Part shown: positions 49,801 to 62,800 of the stretch, one piece after another
Numbering within the stretch: position 1 is the first letter of the stretch
How the letters are laid out: every line of letters starts with the position of its first letter
Assembly: GCF_036971445.1 (NCBI RefSeq)
Contig: NC_091478.1
Span: 63,054,001 to 63,118,000 of the forward strand
Source: Narcine bancroftii
Lineage: Eukaryota
Reading direction: 5' to 3'
DNA: 64,000 nt
Notes under the pieces: generated by a model
The model's database searches: none
What the model was told of the DNA's origin: nothing
The model's input: only the letters and a program-made list of their open reading frames with translations
Position numbers and translations under genes: made by a program

Positions 49801-52800
49801 CGGAATAGATTGAAACAAATATTGTATACGCAGAAAGATATTAATCTTAATTGTATTTATCCTACCCATTAAATTAATAGGTAAATCTTTCCATTAAATC
49901 AAATCAGTTTTAATTTTTTTTATTAATGGAAGATAATTTAATTTATATAAAGATTGATAATTAACATTCAAAATTATACCCAAATATTTAATTTGATCAG
50001 TCCATTTCAAATTAATAATATTCTTATAAACTGAATAATCTCCTTCACTTACCAATAATATTTCACTTTTTTTCCCAATTAACTTTATATCCAGAAATAC
50101 ATCCATATTGTATTAAACACTCCTTCAAGTGTAAAAGTGAATGTGCTGAGTTTGTTAGATACACCAATACATCATCAGCAAATAAATTACTTTTATACTC
50201 CTCGTCTAAACCTTTCATACCTTATATCTGTGTATTTTGTCTTATCAGCTGTACTAAAGGTTCAATCACTAACGCAAACAAAGCTGGTGATAAAGGACAA
50301 CCTTGACGAGTTGATCGAGTCAATTTAAAAGATTCCAAAATCAAACAATTTGTCAATACCCTAGCTACCGGTTTACTATATAGAACCCTAATCCAACCAA
50401 TAAAGAAAGGACCAAACTTAAATTTCTCCAAAACTTTAAACAAAAAATTCCATTCAACTCTGTCAAATGCTTTTTCTGCCTCTAAGGATATCACCATCGG
50501 ATGATCTAAAGATTGTCAAAATCTATTAATCAAACTAATCACATGAAAAATGTTATCCGAAGCATATCTACTCTTTATAAAACCTGTTTGATCCATATGA
50601 ATCTACTTTGGTAAAAATTTAGCCAATCTATTCGCTAATATTTTAGCTAATATTTTATAATCTATATTTAACAACGAAATTGGTCTACATGAAGATACTT
50701 TCAAAGGAACTCTATCTTTTTTAGGAATTACTGTAATTAAAGCACTAGAACAAGACTCAGGTAATTCATAATCTTCTCCAACTTGACGTAATACATCCCC
50801 AAACACTGTAGATAAATCATCATTAAAAAATTTTATAAAATTCAACCGAAAATCCATCATCACCAGGTGATTTACCATTTGGCATTTCCATCATAGCCAT
50901 TTTAATTTCCGAATCAGTAAATGGTTCTTCCAACTCCTGTATATCTGCATCCTCTAATATCTGTAAAATCAACTGTGATAAAAAAGATCAATCAATCCAG
51001 TTTCTTGTTTTTTCTTCAGATGTATATAACTTTTTATAAAATGAACAAAATTCATTATTAATCTCACAAGGTTTATAAGTGATAAGAAAATTCTGTCTAA
51101 CAGCATTAATAGTCCTCAAAACCTGTTCTTTCTTTAATTGCCATGCCAATACCTTATGTGCTTTCTCTCCCCATTCATAATACCGTTCTTTAGTCCTATT
51201 AATCACACATTCAAATTGATAAGATTGCAAAGTATTATATTCCAATTTCAACCTAGATAATTCTATTTTCTGATCTTCTGTAGCATCTTTCTGGAATTCC
51301 TTTTCTAACTCATCGATCTGTTTCTCTAATTCAAGACTCTGATTTAATCAATTCTTTTTTATTTTAGATGTATAACTAATTATTTGTCCTCTCAAATAAG
51401 CTTTCATAGCATCCCATAATACAAACTTACTTTGAACAGAATTAGAATTTTCTTTAAAAAAATTAATTTGTTTTTTCAAAAAATCAATAAATTCTGTATT
51501 TTTTAACATTGAATTTTCTCAGAAGTTGCATATGTAAAATATAACAAAGAATGATCTGAAATAACCCTACTTTTATATTCCACTTGTTGAATTTTCCCTT
51601 GTAAATGTGCCGATACTTAAAAAAAAGTCAATCCTTGAAAACGATTCATGTCCAGATGAATAAAAGGAGAAATCTTTCTCTGTCAGATTAAGATGTCTCC
51701 AAATATCTACTAAATTAAGATCTTTCATCAACACTTGAACCTGAACTGCCATCTTAGATTTCTTAACGTTTTTCAGAGGTTTATCTAATAAAGGTTCCAA
51801 AACACAATTAAAATCACCACCAACTAAAATATTATCATTAGCCTGACCCAAACATAAAAATGCATCTGAAATAAATATTTCATCATCTACATTTGGGGCA
51901 TAAATATTAAGTAAAGTCCAAAATTCACTAAAAATCTTAAAATTCAATTTAAGAATACATCCTGCCTTTTCCTCCATTGATTGTAATTCAAAATATAATT
52001 TTTTTATGTATCAAAATTGCTACACCTTTAGCTCTAGAATTAAATGAAGAAGAATATACATGCCCAACCCAGTCCCTCTTTAATTTCATACTTTCTCTGA
52101 CATTCAAATGTGTTTCATGTAAAAAAGCAACATCAATTTTCATTTTCTTAATATACGCCAAGACTCTCTTACGCTTGATCGGACTGTTTAAACCTCCAAC
52201 ATTAAAAGTAGCAAACCTCAACTTTGACATATCGACTAATTTTAGTAAATACCAATAATATCTATATATGAAAACTCAAATCAACATATATAGGCCCTCC
52301 AATAGGAGAAAAAAAATCACAAATTAAAAGCTAACTAAAATGAAAATAAAAAAATGATTTAAAAAAATCCATCCCCCCAAAAAAACTACCAAAAGGTAGT
52401 AATGCCTAAACAAAAATTGGGTGTGGGTCACCCACCAGTGGCTGATGACTAGTAAATAACTTAGAGCAAATCTCTCCCTCCCCAGCTGAACAATGAATAG
52501 CATCAAAATAACATAAAAAGTAAAATAAGAATAATAATATTCTTCTATTCATCCAAGAGATTCCAAACTCGGAGATCCCATTTCAGAAGAAGTTGGACTC
52601 TTTCCATTCCCATTTTTCCCATTTCTGCCATTTCTTCCATTTCCAGAACAACCAGATTTTTCTTTAGGAGACAATAGTGGACTACATATTTGTCCTCTTA
52701 TATCTGGCAATGAATCAGCAAAAATCATTGCTTCACGATCATTCTCAAAAAACCAAAATTGATAGTCTCCAAAAAACACCTTCAACACTGCCAGGCAGCG

Positions 52801-54090
52801 AAAAGTTGACTTATAACCTTTACGCCACAAAACTTCTTTAACTGGGTTAAATCGATGTAGACGTTGAATGACCTCTTGACTCAAATCAGGATAAAATAAA
52901 CTCTGCTATTCTGAATCAATAACGGAGTTTGTCATTGTCTCACATTTTGCACTGCAAGTCGAAGTATTGCTTCTCTGTCCAAATAACTCAAACATTGAAT
53001 TATTACAGGTCTCGGTGGTTGACCAGGTAAACATCTTCTTCTTAAAGCTCGATTAGCTCTTTCCAGTACCAAGCCTCCAGAAAAAAATTCTTGCCCTAGT
53101 ACTTGTGGGATCCAGTCTTTAAAAAAACAAAGAGGCTCTTGTCCTTCTATACCTTCTGGCAAACCAACGATTTTCACATTATTCCTTCTGCTTTGATTCT
53201 CCAAGTAGTCTATTTTCCTCTCTAACTCCTTCTCACGTTCTCGCAATTCTATAACTGATTTTTCAACCTTCAACACTTTTTCTGTGTTAGAAACCACTTG
53301 CTGTTTACATTCCAAAAAAGCAGACTGAAATTTTAAAAAATCTTCGCAAGATGCTTCCACACGTGCTTTAACTGTATTCAATTCTGAACTTATACTGGCA
53401 TTCATTTGAGCCATCTCATTCATTAAAGGTTGAATGACTGCTTTCTCTGATAGTGACAGAACCAGGTAACTGCAGCTCCTGCTGCAACTCAACAAAAGGC
53501 ATTTTAGAAGTTTTACTGCGGGTCTGGACTCCCAGTGATGGCACCCCGACTTCCTCAGGGGGTGGATGCTGGTCTCCCCCCGCAGCTCATTGTTTTTGCG
53601 CAAAATCACGGAGGAAAGCGATATCTTCAGGTTGAAATGCTTCCTGATGCATTTCAAACAATGGAGTCGTCTTCCTGCGTGCTCCCTCCATTAACATCGA
53701 AAGGCTTCCAGAATCGGGATCCACTTCTTCAGAACACGCACCTTCTTCCAGAGAATGGGTAATTCAGCGCCATCTTTCACTTGGTGAGCAGTAGACATTT
53801 TTTTTCAACTCCCACAGGCAGACTGTGGTTTAGACATTAAAGAAATTAAACCTGAAGCTGTAACAAGTCGTTTAGACCCCAAATCTTCAGCACTTCGAAT
53901 ATGTAACTTCTTCTGCACTTGAGGTTTAATCTTTTTACCATTAATGGCCATAATAGTTCCTCAATACTTTAAGCTAAAATTTAAAGAGTTTAAACTTGAA
54001 AACAAAGAGTTAAAAAATGGGTACTTAAAAGTCCAGCCAGAGAGGTGGAGATTACACGTCTAGACTCTATGCCATCTTGCCACGCCCCCT
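43839..54090 (-). mobile_element. Full-length degenerate L1 family A copy, interrupted by CR1
   Basis: Poly(A) tail at about 43839, zinc knuckle CFRC...HTVWSC, RT, EN start MSKLRFATFNVGGLN, ORF1 YLENQSRRNNVKIVGLPEG, 5' end GGGGGCGTGGCAAGATGGC. Confidence 0.9.
44565..49021 (+). mobile_element. Near full-length CR1 LINE (ORF1 zinc finger and SGNH esterase; ORF2 EN-RT) with several stops and small deletions
   Basis: VLCTGCQMW..ICVRC, VVIGDSIVR, VHVGTND, DGLHLN; [45 protein letters not shown] ~38-bp direct repeat lies in the 5' UTR (about 44566 and 44696). Confidence 0.95.
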
Positions 54091-54096
54091 CATTGC

Positions 54097-54829
54097 CTCA
54101 AGTTTCAGGTAAGTATATTTAAGACAGAGATCAGAATCCCAAAGCATTTAAGACATAGATCGATAGGCTTTTCAAGAATCAATGAGTAGGGTTTATGAGG
54201 AAAGGGTGGGTAAGTGGAGCTGGAACAGCCATGGTTTCATTGAATGATACAGCAGGTGTGATGGGCCAAATGGCCTACTCCTCATCATGCTGTTAACCGA
54301 GCAGTTAAAACATGACGAGTAGTAGGCCATTTGGCCCATCATGCCTGCTCTATCATTCAATAAAACCACGGCTGATCCAGTTCCACTACAATGTTTAATT
54401 CGTTTGTGTTGGAATTGTTCTCAATGCTCAAAATGCAAAAGGATAAATTTAAATGCATTCACTTTCCCAGAGGAAAATCATGGCAATACAAAATATAAAA
54501 AGATATTCAGATTATCCTCGTTCATCCCTTCCCTTTTCATTCTGCATGGAAAAATACAGCATCCATGGTGAATCCGATTTGTTAAACAAGAAAGTGGAGA
54601 GCAAGAAATCGGAATTGGTTTCTCCACAGTGGCTATACTTCTATAACTTTGGCTTTCAGCTCCACTTACCCACCCGTTCGTTCCTCATAACCCTTAACTC
54701 CTCGATTCTTGAAAAGATTTTCGATCTGTGTCTTAAATGCATTTGGCTTTCATGGGTAAATAATTCACTGGTCTCTGGGAGAAGTTCATGCCGATCTCTG
54801 TCTTAAATATACTTCCCCGAAACTTGAAG
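54097..54829. repeat. Long imperfect inverted repeat built from CR1-like 3' ends (tail-to-tail)
   Basis: 54212-54289 is reverse-complementary to 54311-54387. Pairing resumes at about 54656-54750 and 54793-54829. Confidence 0.8.
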
Positions 54830-54909
54830 TCTTGGTTTAACGTCTTGCAGCCGCGCTACTAAAAGAAAATAAATTCTTTAACAGACTCTAGTATTTTCAT
54901 ATTTTTTTT

Positions 54910-55500
54910 TGGGGGGGGGGCGTGTGGGGTGGTCAAGTGATGTAGTTGAGCTTGGGCGACACGAACCCCGGGGTCCTCAGAGAATTCAGTTAAAAACGCT
55001 CAAATTTGCCTTTAAACTAGTTGAACAGCTGGAGCAAGAATAAGAAACGAAGTACAATGCAAAAACAAAATACAGTTACTGAGCAGAATTCAGCCTCGAG
55101 ACGTCGGCAAAACAGGATGATGGCAGCCGCAAAAGCCTCGAGGTCTGCTGAGAGCTCCATCCCTGGGACTGGGCCAGCTCAGGAGACGCTAGAGGACCAA
55201 TTAAGTGAGATCCCCTTGAGACTCTAAGGAAGGAAAACGACTTCCTACTGGGAAAGGATCCCATATAATTTTTTTAAAAGAGTAGGTCCCAGACATTCTG
55301 GGACGAGAACAATTGAGTTAACCACTAGTGATTGAAAGGGCCCATCGAGTCTCTGCGCCTGGCGCATCTGCGGATCAGAGACCGAGACGTCTGTTGAGGT
55401 ATCAGGACAGTGATAAAATATTGCTCATCGCCGCATGGCGAGCGAGAGAGGACAAGGGACCCTTTATGTATAGAATTGCTGTCCTCTTAGGCCCCTCGCT
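54910..55500 (+). mobile_element. L1 5' end / ORF1 remnant
   Basis: IERAHRV...RPRRLLRYQDSDKIL. Confidence 0.6.
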
Positions 55501-56329
55501 ATCCTTAGTTATTTGCAACTGTCTCAACGTAAGCTTTAACCAAGTTGTATTTATGAATTAATATTTTGGTTAATTAAATAATGTGTTAACTTATTTGATG
55601 TATTAGTCAAGACCAATCTAAGCCAGAAAGAACCTTACCTCTACAATTTCTCTGCCCTGCAACACTCCCCAGGGTTCCTACAATTTTCGATGCAAGTCCC
55701 GCCCTGATTTCAGTCACCAAAATGCAACCCTTTGCAATTATACACCATCTGTTGTTGCTCGTCCTGCTGACTCCGTTGATCAAGATCGCTTCGTAATGTC
55801 AGACAGTGTCCTCTGAGCCATCAACGTTCGTGTTATCTGCAAACTTTCTACATACCACTATTTCACAATGGAGATCGACTCGGCATCGGGTGGCAAAGGT
55901 CCGCAGTACTCCGTTACCATTGCACTAAAAAGTGGTTCTCTGGCATTTCAGAGGAGATTTCTTTGTAGTACGGGAGGCAAAAAAAAAGGGACGTTAGTTC
56001 AGAATTAGGATCAAACCATTCCACATCAAAACCACGAGCCATTGTAGAATCTGGAATCCCCTCCCCGAACAAGATCGCGAATTGTCAAGCAAATAGAATT
56101 CTTAATCCTGAGCTGACGGGCTGTTTTTGGTCTATTCTCTCAGGGGACATTGAGTTCGGTGGAGGAATAGGGGCTGAGCTACAGAAATCATTGTTAGCTA
56201 AGCGCCAAATGGGTTATTCCTGATGAATTTTTGGATCCTATAGAAGTCAAATTTTGGTGTTTACTGATCTACGAATACGAGTTGAAAGCATATCTCACTG
56301 TTATTTATCGGGGATAATTAAATGTCACT

Positions 56330-56770
56330 GCACGGTAGATCAAGACTCCAGTCTTATCGTCCTATGGAATTACCTCCAATCCATTTCTCTGCAGCCAACA
56401 CTACCACACTTCAATGCAGCCAGCCAGGACGTTCTGGATAGAGCTCTTGTAGAAGATTGACATGATTGTGGCCAGTAGCCTTGCTTCTTCATCCTTCTCA
56501 GGAAGCTCTGTCGATGTTATGGCTTCCTGACATGTGAGATGTTGTGTGACTAGGATCCATCACTCATCCAGTGAACTCCAAGGAACTTGATGCTCTCCAT
56601 CCTCAACTTACAAAGTTATTTATGCGTAGTGGAGGGTGATAATTCCTGGTCCTCCTGAAGTCCATGATCATCTCCTTCCTCTTGTCCACGTTGAGACTCG
56701 GGTTGTTACTCTCGCACCATATCACGAGATTTTCCACCTCTTCTCTGTCGTGCGACTCATCGTTAATGTC
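56330..56770 (-). mobile_element. Rex1/Babar LINE fragment
   Basis: DESHDREEVENLVIWCESNNPSLNVDKRKEMIMDFRR. Confidence 0.8.
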
Positions 56771-57336
56771 ATTAATTAGTCTATTTTGCTTCAGGTTAAA
56801 CTGTCCAGCTATATAGACTCTGCTTAAAACCTCGTCCTCCAGTCCCAGAACCACCTGGTGGATCCTTTCTGCTCTGGCTCTGAAATAATCATATCCCATC
56901 TATAGTAAAGTTACCAGACCCACAGTCAATATTCCTAGTGTGGAAACTCCAACATCCTACCAGATGACATGACAGCACTTGTACTCAGATGAAAACCTAG
57001 ACCTTTTTCACCACTTCGACTACCCGTGTTGTCACTTTCAGGAAACTGTGTTCTTGTACCTTTAACTTACTTATGATGCCATCTTTATTAACACCCAAAT
57101 CATTAATATGCATGATCAAATAAAGAGAGCCCAGCAGCAGCGATCCACATGGCACACCACCATTACAGGCCTACAACCTACAATCCAAAAAAACAGGCTG
57201 CCACTATCACCCTCTGACTCCTTCCACCAAGCTATTTTTTTTCATCCAATTAGCCAGTTGACCTCAGAGCTTATATGATTTCACCTTTCAGACCAGCCTA
57301 CTGTGCGTGGCTTTATCCAAAGCTCACATAAATCCC

Positions 57337-57467
57337 CAATGGTTCTCAACCTTTTTCTTCCCAATCATATATCACTTTAAGTAATCCCAATGCTATTGGT
57401 GTTCTATGATTAGTAAGGGATTGCTTAAGGTGGTATGTGAGTGGGAAGGGAAGGTTGAGAAGCACTG
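57337..57467. mobile_element. Short hAT (Charlie-like) MITE
   Basis: TIRs CAATGGTTCTCAACCTT / AAGGTTGAGAAGCACTG, internally palindromic. Right flank CTCTAGAC fits the Charlie target; the left flank does not match it. Confidence 0.7.
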
Positions 57468-58018
57468 CTCTAGACCCAATTGTTACCAAAATATTTTGCT
57501 CAAGACAAATTGTCATTGGCCCATTTCCTTTGGAAATTGTGAGACTGTTCATTTGTGACACTGCAGAGACACCTAGCGGAGAACATGGGAGAAATTAAAA
57601 GCTCCTGTTAAATTGACAGCAACAACCATCAATTTCAATGGATGTTCTATACTTTCCAAAGCTACACGATTTTATGCAATCTGGGACTGTATTGTAAGTA
57701 ACCAAATGTTATTTTTTGCCTCACAATTATCTCTGTGTTGATCTCCCATGGCCTGTTTTTAATCTAGTAAAATACAAAAATTCTGCAGGAACTCAACATG
57801 TAAACAATGTTTCAGACCTGAGCCCTTCTTCAAGGTATGAGTAAAAAGCAGACAGGCACCCGAATAAAAAAAAACTGGAGGAGGAAGGAAGAAAGGGCAG
57901 GGGGAGGATATCACAACCTAGACCAGCAATAATAGAAATTCACCAAGACAATGGTATATTCAGAACAATAATTTTTATTAATAACTTAATAATATAAAAA
58001 CTTAACTCTAAACTTACC

Positions 58019-58146
58019 NNNNNNNNNNNNNNNNNNNNNNNNNNNNNNNNNNNNNNNNNNNNNNNNNNNNNNNNNNNNNNNNNNNNNNNNNNNNNNNNNN
58101 NNNNNNNNNNNNNNNNNNNNNNNNNNNNNNNNNNNNNNNNNNNNNN
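58019..58146. other. Assembly gap (128 N)
   Basis: N run. Confidence 0.99.
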
Positions 58147-58362
58147 CGTGTGGAGGATCACATTTTTACATTAGTAGCACCTTTTTTTATATTTTTTCCC
58201 CTATATAGTCCAGATATGGTTGCCATATTTTTATAAATACATTAGGAATACAACTGTTCATCTTTGTTTTCCATCATATGATCTATAGAGGAAAGTCGGA
58301 TATATAAGCAGTTGCCAAACAGGCTGCGCTCACGGAGAAAATAGACATGCAGCTGTTACTGC

Positions 58363-59834
58363 CCACCCCTGGAGTATCCTATTCATTCTATTAAACCTGG
58401 TGATTGGGTATATGTAAAAGCATGGCAAGATCACCAACTAAAACCGGTCTGGGATGGCCCCTATTGTGTACTTTTGATTACAGACATAGCCGTGCGAACG
58501 AAAGGGATGAAGCCACATCCAATGAATTAAATGAGCTGCTGAACCACAGACTAACAACATTGATAATCTACTCTCCACCTGGCGTGCAGTCCTTCATCCT
58601 TCTGATCTGAAAGTTACACTATGCCGGGAAAAAGTGCTGTAATGTTGTTTTTACCATTTGCTGTTTTGTTTACTTGTTGGTTCCCAATTTTTGGGAAATC
58701 ACCAAATTGCTCACAATGTATTAAGTCCTCCTGGAATAGGGGCAGCAGAGGTGACAATTATTTACCTTTAGAATATAGACAGGGCACAGATATAAAGTAT
58801 AGTCATAGTGGGACCAGGGGGACAGAACGGCTCTAGAGGAGTAGATTTGGTTTGTATTCCGGCCTCTACAGATATTAAAAAGAGGAGTTTTAAAGAGATA
58901 GCACAAAGAAGATGATGGGACAATGACAGACAGAATGTTAGTCAGGATTGTACATGTAGCAGAGATAGAGTGAATACATATGCTAATGTTCACAGACAGG
59001 CTGCAACTCACAGGCTCAGTGATACTTTTGCTAATGTTCGCAGACAAGCTGCAACTCACAGGTTAAGTGACAAGAAACACCCCTCCCCAACTGGGTCTCC
59101 TGTAAATCATCCTTTGGGTCACACAGACATTCGGAATGTTAAGAACCACCACTGTAAGGGGAGTTCCAGTTGTAAACGACGTAAGCTGCTCCAGAACACC
59201 ACAGCTGCTTGGTATTTAAATCGTTTAATCAGAGTCCAGCCTTGGAGATCATCACCGAACAGACAGTGATGGCCCTGAATTTATGGGCTGAAGAAAGACG
59301 ACAGATACGAGCCACAGTTCAACAAAGCCGCCTGGCTCTCGATTACTCGTTGGCTGCTGAAGGCAGCGTTTGTGAAAGACTGGTTAATGACAATGCTCAC
59401 AACGGTCAGGCGGTTCAAGACACTTCTTCAGGAGTTCGAAAATCTTCCCATGCCCAGGTTCAGACTTGGCAACCTTGGTGGGATGGACTAGACTTTTTAT
59501 TGGTAACTGGAGTCTGATACCCACAGCCCTTATAACAGCTGGACTCGCTATTCTGGCCATGATGGTGCTCCCCTGCCTAAAGACTTGTGTGCAGTATTTA
59601 ATTCAACGGACCCCTCGTCAGAACACTATAACCCAAAGGATGTATGTTTCCCTAATTCTGTCTGATGATGCTGAGACTGCAGTTCGTTTCCTGACCCGCT
59701 GGGAAAAAGACCAAGTTTACAAGTAATACATTCCAGTTGAGAAGTCACGAAGAGTAGCTAAAAGAAAAGTGAGGATTGTGAGAGATAAGTAAAACTGATA
59801 TAAAAATATGAAGATGAGGAAACTAGTATAGATA
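58363..59834 (+). mobile_element. Class I endogenous retrovirus remnant: integrase C-terminus, deleted env, PPT and start of 3' LTR
   Basis: 58363-58506 reads PPLEYPIHSIKPGDWVYVKAWQDHQLKPVWDGPYCVLLITDIAVRTKG (GPY/F). Env TM reads YLNRLIRVQ/ALEIITEQT...QQSRLALDYSLAAEGSVC, with membrane anchor ...LAILAMMVLPCL. Purine tract at about 59760-59775, then TGTGAG at 59777. Confidence 0.9.
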
Positions 59835-62800
59835 TTTTTTTTAAACTTTATTTAAAGATTTTATCACATGAATAAAACAGAAAAAATTACATTTAAAGAA
59901 AAATGAAAAATAAAGTAATTATTACAACACAACATTAATAACCTAACTTAGATTAATCTAACCCCCCCCCCCCTGCATATATGCGGCCACTAAAAAAATT
60001 TATATATAAAAAAACCCACCCTCCCCCCAAAATAAAGAGTGAAGAATTAATGAAGTTAATAATATTATGTATATAAAAAAAAACTCACAGACAAACAAAA
60101 AGAAAAATAACAAGTAAAAGTACTAATAAAAAAAAGTTATCAAATCTAAAATATCACACATAAAACATATTTAAGTCAAACTTAATTACATATACTTAAC
60201 AAATAGAGTCCACTTCAGCTAAAAGACATCCTATCTTAAATTGAAAAGAATATCTTTTCCATAATTAAACAAGACTTCATTTCTAAATACCACCTATCTA
60301 AGATTAGTATATTTCTATCTTTCCAAGTCAGCACTATACATTTCTTGGCCACCATTAAGGCTAAATAAATACAAGAAATCTAATAATCAATTAAACCTAA
60401 ATCAATTAATGATTACATTTTCCCTAATAAAAATATATCAGGATCTAATACGACATAGATATTATATAAACTATTAAAAATAGATTGAATACCTTTCCAA
60501 AACTGTTGCAATCAATCGCAAATCCAATCAGTATGTATAAAAAAAAAGCAAGTTGATTATTATATAATGGCTTAATTACTCTTGAATTCTTATCCAATAA
60601 AGGCTCCAGTACCACATTTAAATCTCCCCCAATCATCACATTAGAATTTACTTATCCAAATAACAAAGACATATCCAGAACAAAAGCTATATCCTCAACA
60701 TTTGGAGCATAAACATCAAGCAAAGTCCAAGCCTCATTAAAGATTGTACAATTCAGTTTTAATAATCTTCCACCATCTTTCTCTTCATTCTGTAACTGAA
60801 ATAGTAGATTCTTGTACATCAAAATTGCCACTCCTTTTGCCTTTGAATTAAATGAAAAAAAAAACTTATCCAATCCATTCACGTTTAAATTTCACATGTT
60901 CCTTATCTCTTAATTAAGTTTCCTGGAAAAAAAAAGCCACATCAACTTTTAATTTTTTTAAGTAAACAGGTATTTTCTTACACTTAATAAGATTATTTAA
61001 ACCCTGGACATTTAAAAAAAACAAACTTTAGTTTAGACCTTTCTTACAACACCACAACAAGAAAAAAAAGGAAAAAAAAACACAAAGAAAAGAAAAAAAG
61101 GACCCCCTTCCCTTATCCTCTCTTAAAACTACAACAAAAAAAGAAAATAATTTTTTAAAAAAATAATAAAAATAAACTTCACTCCTTAATCCAAAAATTA
61201 ATTAAAAAACATAGGTAAGAGGTTGTTACCTCCTCCTGTCTAAACCGCACAATGCGGTAACTCCCACAAAATATTGGGTGTGAGATAACTCACACGTAGC
61301 TGACGACTTCTGGAAAATAATGCCCACCCAGTTCCCTCTCTTAACTCCCATTTCACATTAAACTATCATCATCATTTAAATCTTCTCGAGAAAAAAAAAA
61401 AATTCTTTTTTTTAATCAGCTTTATCACTCTGACCACCATTGCTTCCATTTCTTCTTGAAATTCGATTCCCATCTTGTATCTCTACTTTCTTTGGAGACT
61501 GTGGAGGACTACGTCATTCCTGGAATTGCGTGATTGGTAACAGTTGAGCAAAGTCCATAGCTTCTTTAGGGTTATCAAAAAATTTTGGCTGACATCCATC
61601 CTGGAAAATCTTCAATACTGCAGGGTATCTAAATGTTGCTTTATATCCTTTTCTCCATAACACTTCTTTCACAAGATTAAATTCACGTCATTGAGACATA
61701 ACTTCTTGACTCAAATCCGGATAAAAAAAAAACACGATTGTTCTGGACCATCAAAGGAGATCTACTTTGTTGCGCATTTCTAATAGCCACACGTAAAATT
61801 GTCTCTCTATCACAGGGGTGTCAAACTCAAATTCACGGAGGGCCAAAATTAAAAACTTGGACTAAGTCGAGGGCCGAACTAAATATTTATTGAAAATTTT
61901 CAACATCTGCATGTTTTCTCTTCTTTCAACATATGTAAAGTTAAACTTTAGGATATAACTTTAGGAGGATAATGTTACAGGTCAGGAGTAGGTAGCTCAA
62001 GTTCACCCTTGCTTGACCTGAGGGAAACATATTTGGTCCCTGTGGAGATGTAGTCAGCATTCACAGGCTGTGTCCATTTTGGGCTGCATCAGGACTCAGC
62101 ATTTCCTGCTCACTCCTCAGGCTCTAGGCCTCTATTCACCCTCGACCCACCATCCCTCTACCTGATCAGTCCTTTACCCAACCTCTACTCACCCCTCACT
62201 CCACTCGCTCTGCCTCTACCCACCCCATCCTATACATGCCCCTCTACTGCCTCTCCCCTCAACCTGTTACTCCCTCTACCCGTTTCTCACCCTCTAATCA
62301 CCCCTCCCCTACTCGCCCTGCCCCTCCCCTTTTACCTCTTCCCTATCCACCCCTCCTTCTACTCATCCCTCCCTCTAACTGCCCCTCGCACCACCAAAAC
62401 TTCCCCTGCCCATTACTCCTCACCTACACCCTCTGCCCACCCCTGCTTACCCACCCACTCAGGCCCAGCGCGCTGCCGATCAGCCTTTGCGGACAGCCAC
62501 CATCTCTCTCTTCACGTGCAGGGCCGAACCAGCCGACCCTGGGGTCCGCGCGGGTGCAAGCGCTGAAGGCCGTGGCCACCGGGAGAAGTGCGCTCGCGCT
62601 GTGGAAGGGCCATCCAGTGCCAGTCGCGCGGGGCTCGCGCTGCCCGGGGGCCGTGCGCAGCCTGCCATGCCCGTCACGCCGACAGGAAATCACAGGCACT
62701 CGCCCATCCGCCGCACCGCTCGACAGGTGGGAGAAGTGACTGGTTGTGCGGGGAGCCTTCCAACTGGCTTTCCGGCTGATGACATCGACAGACTTCTCAT

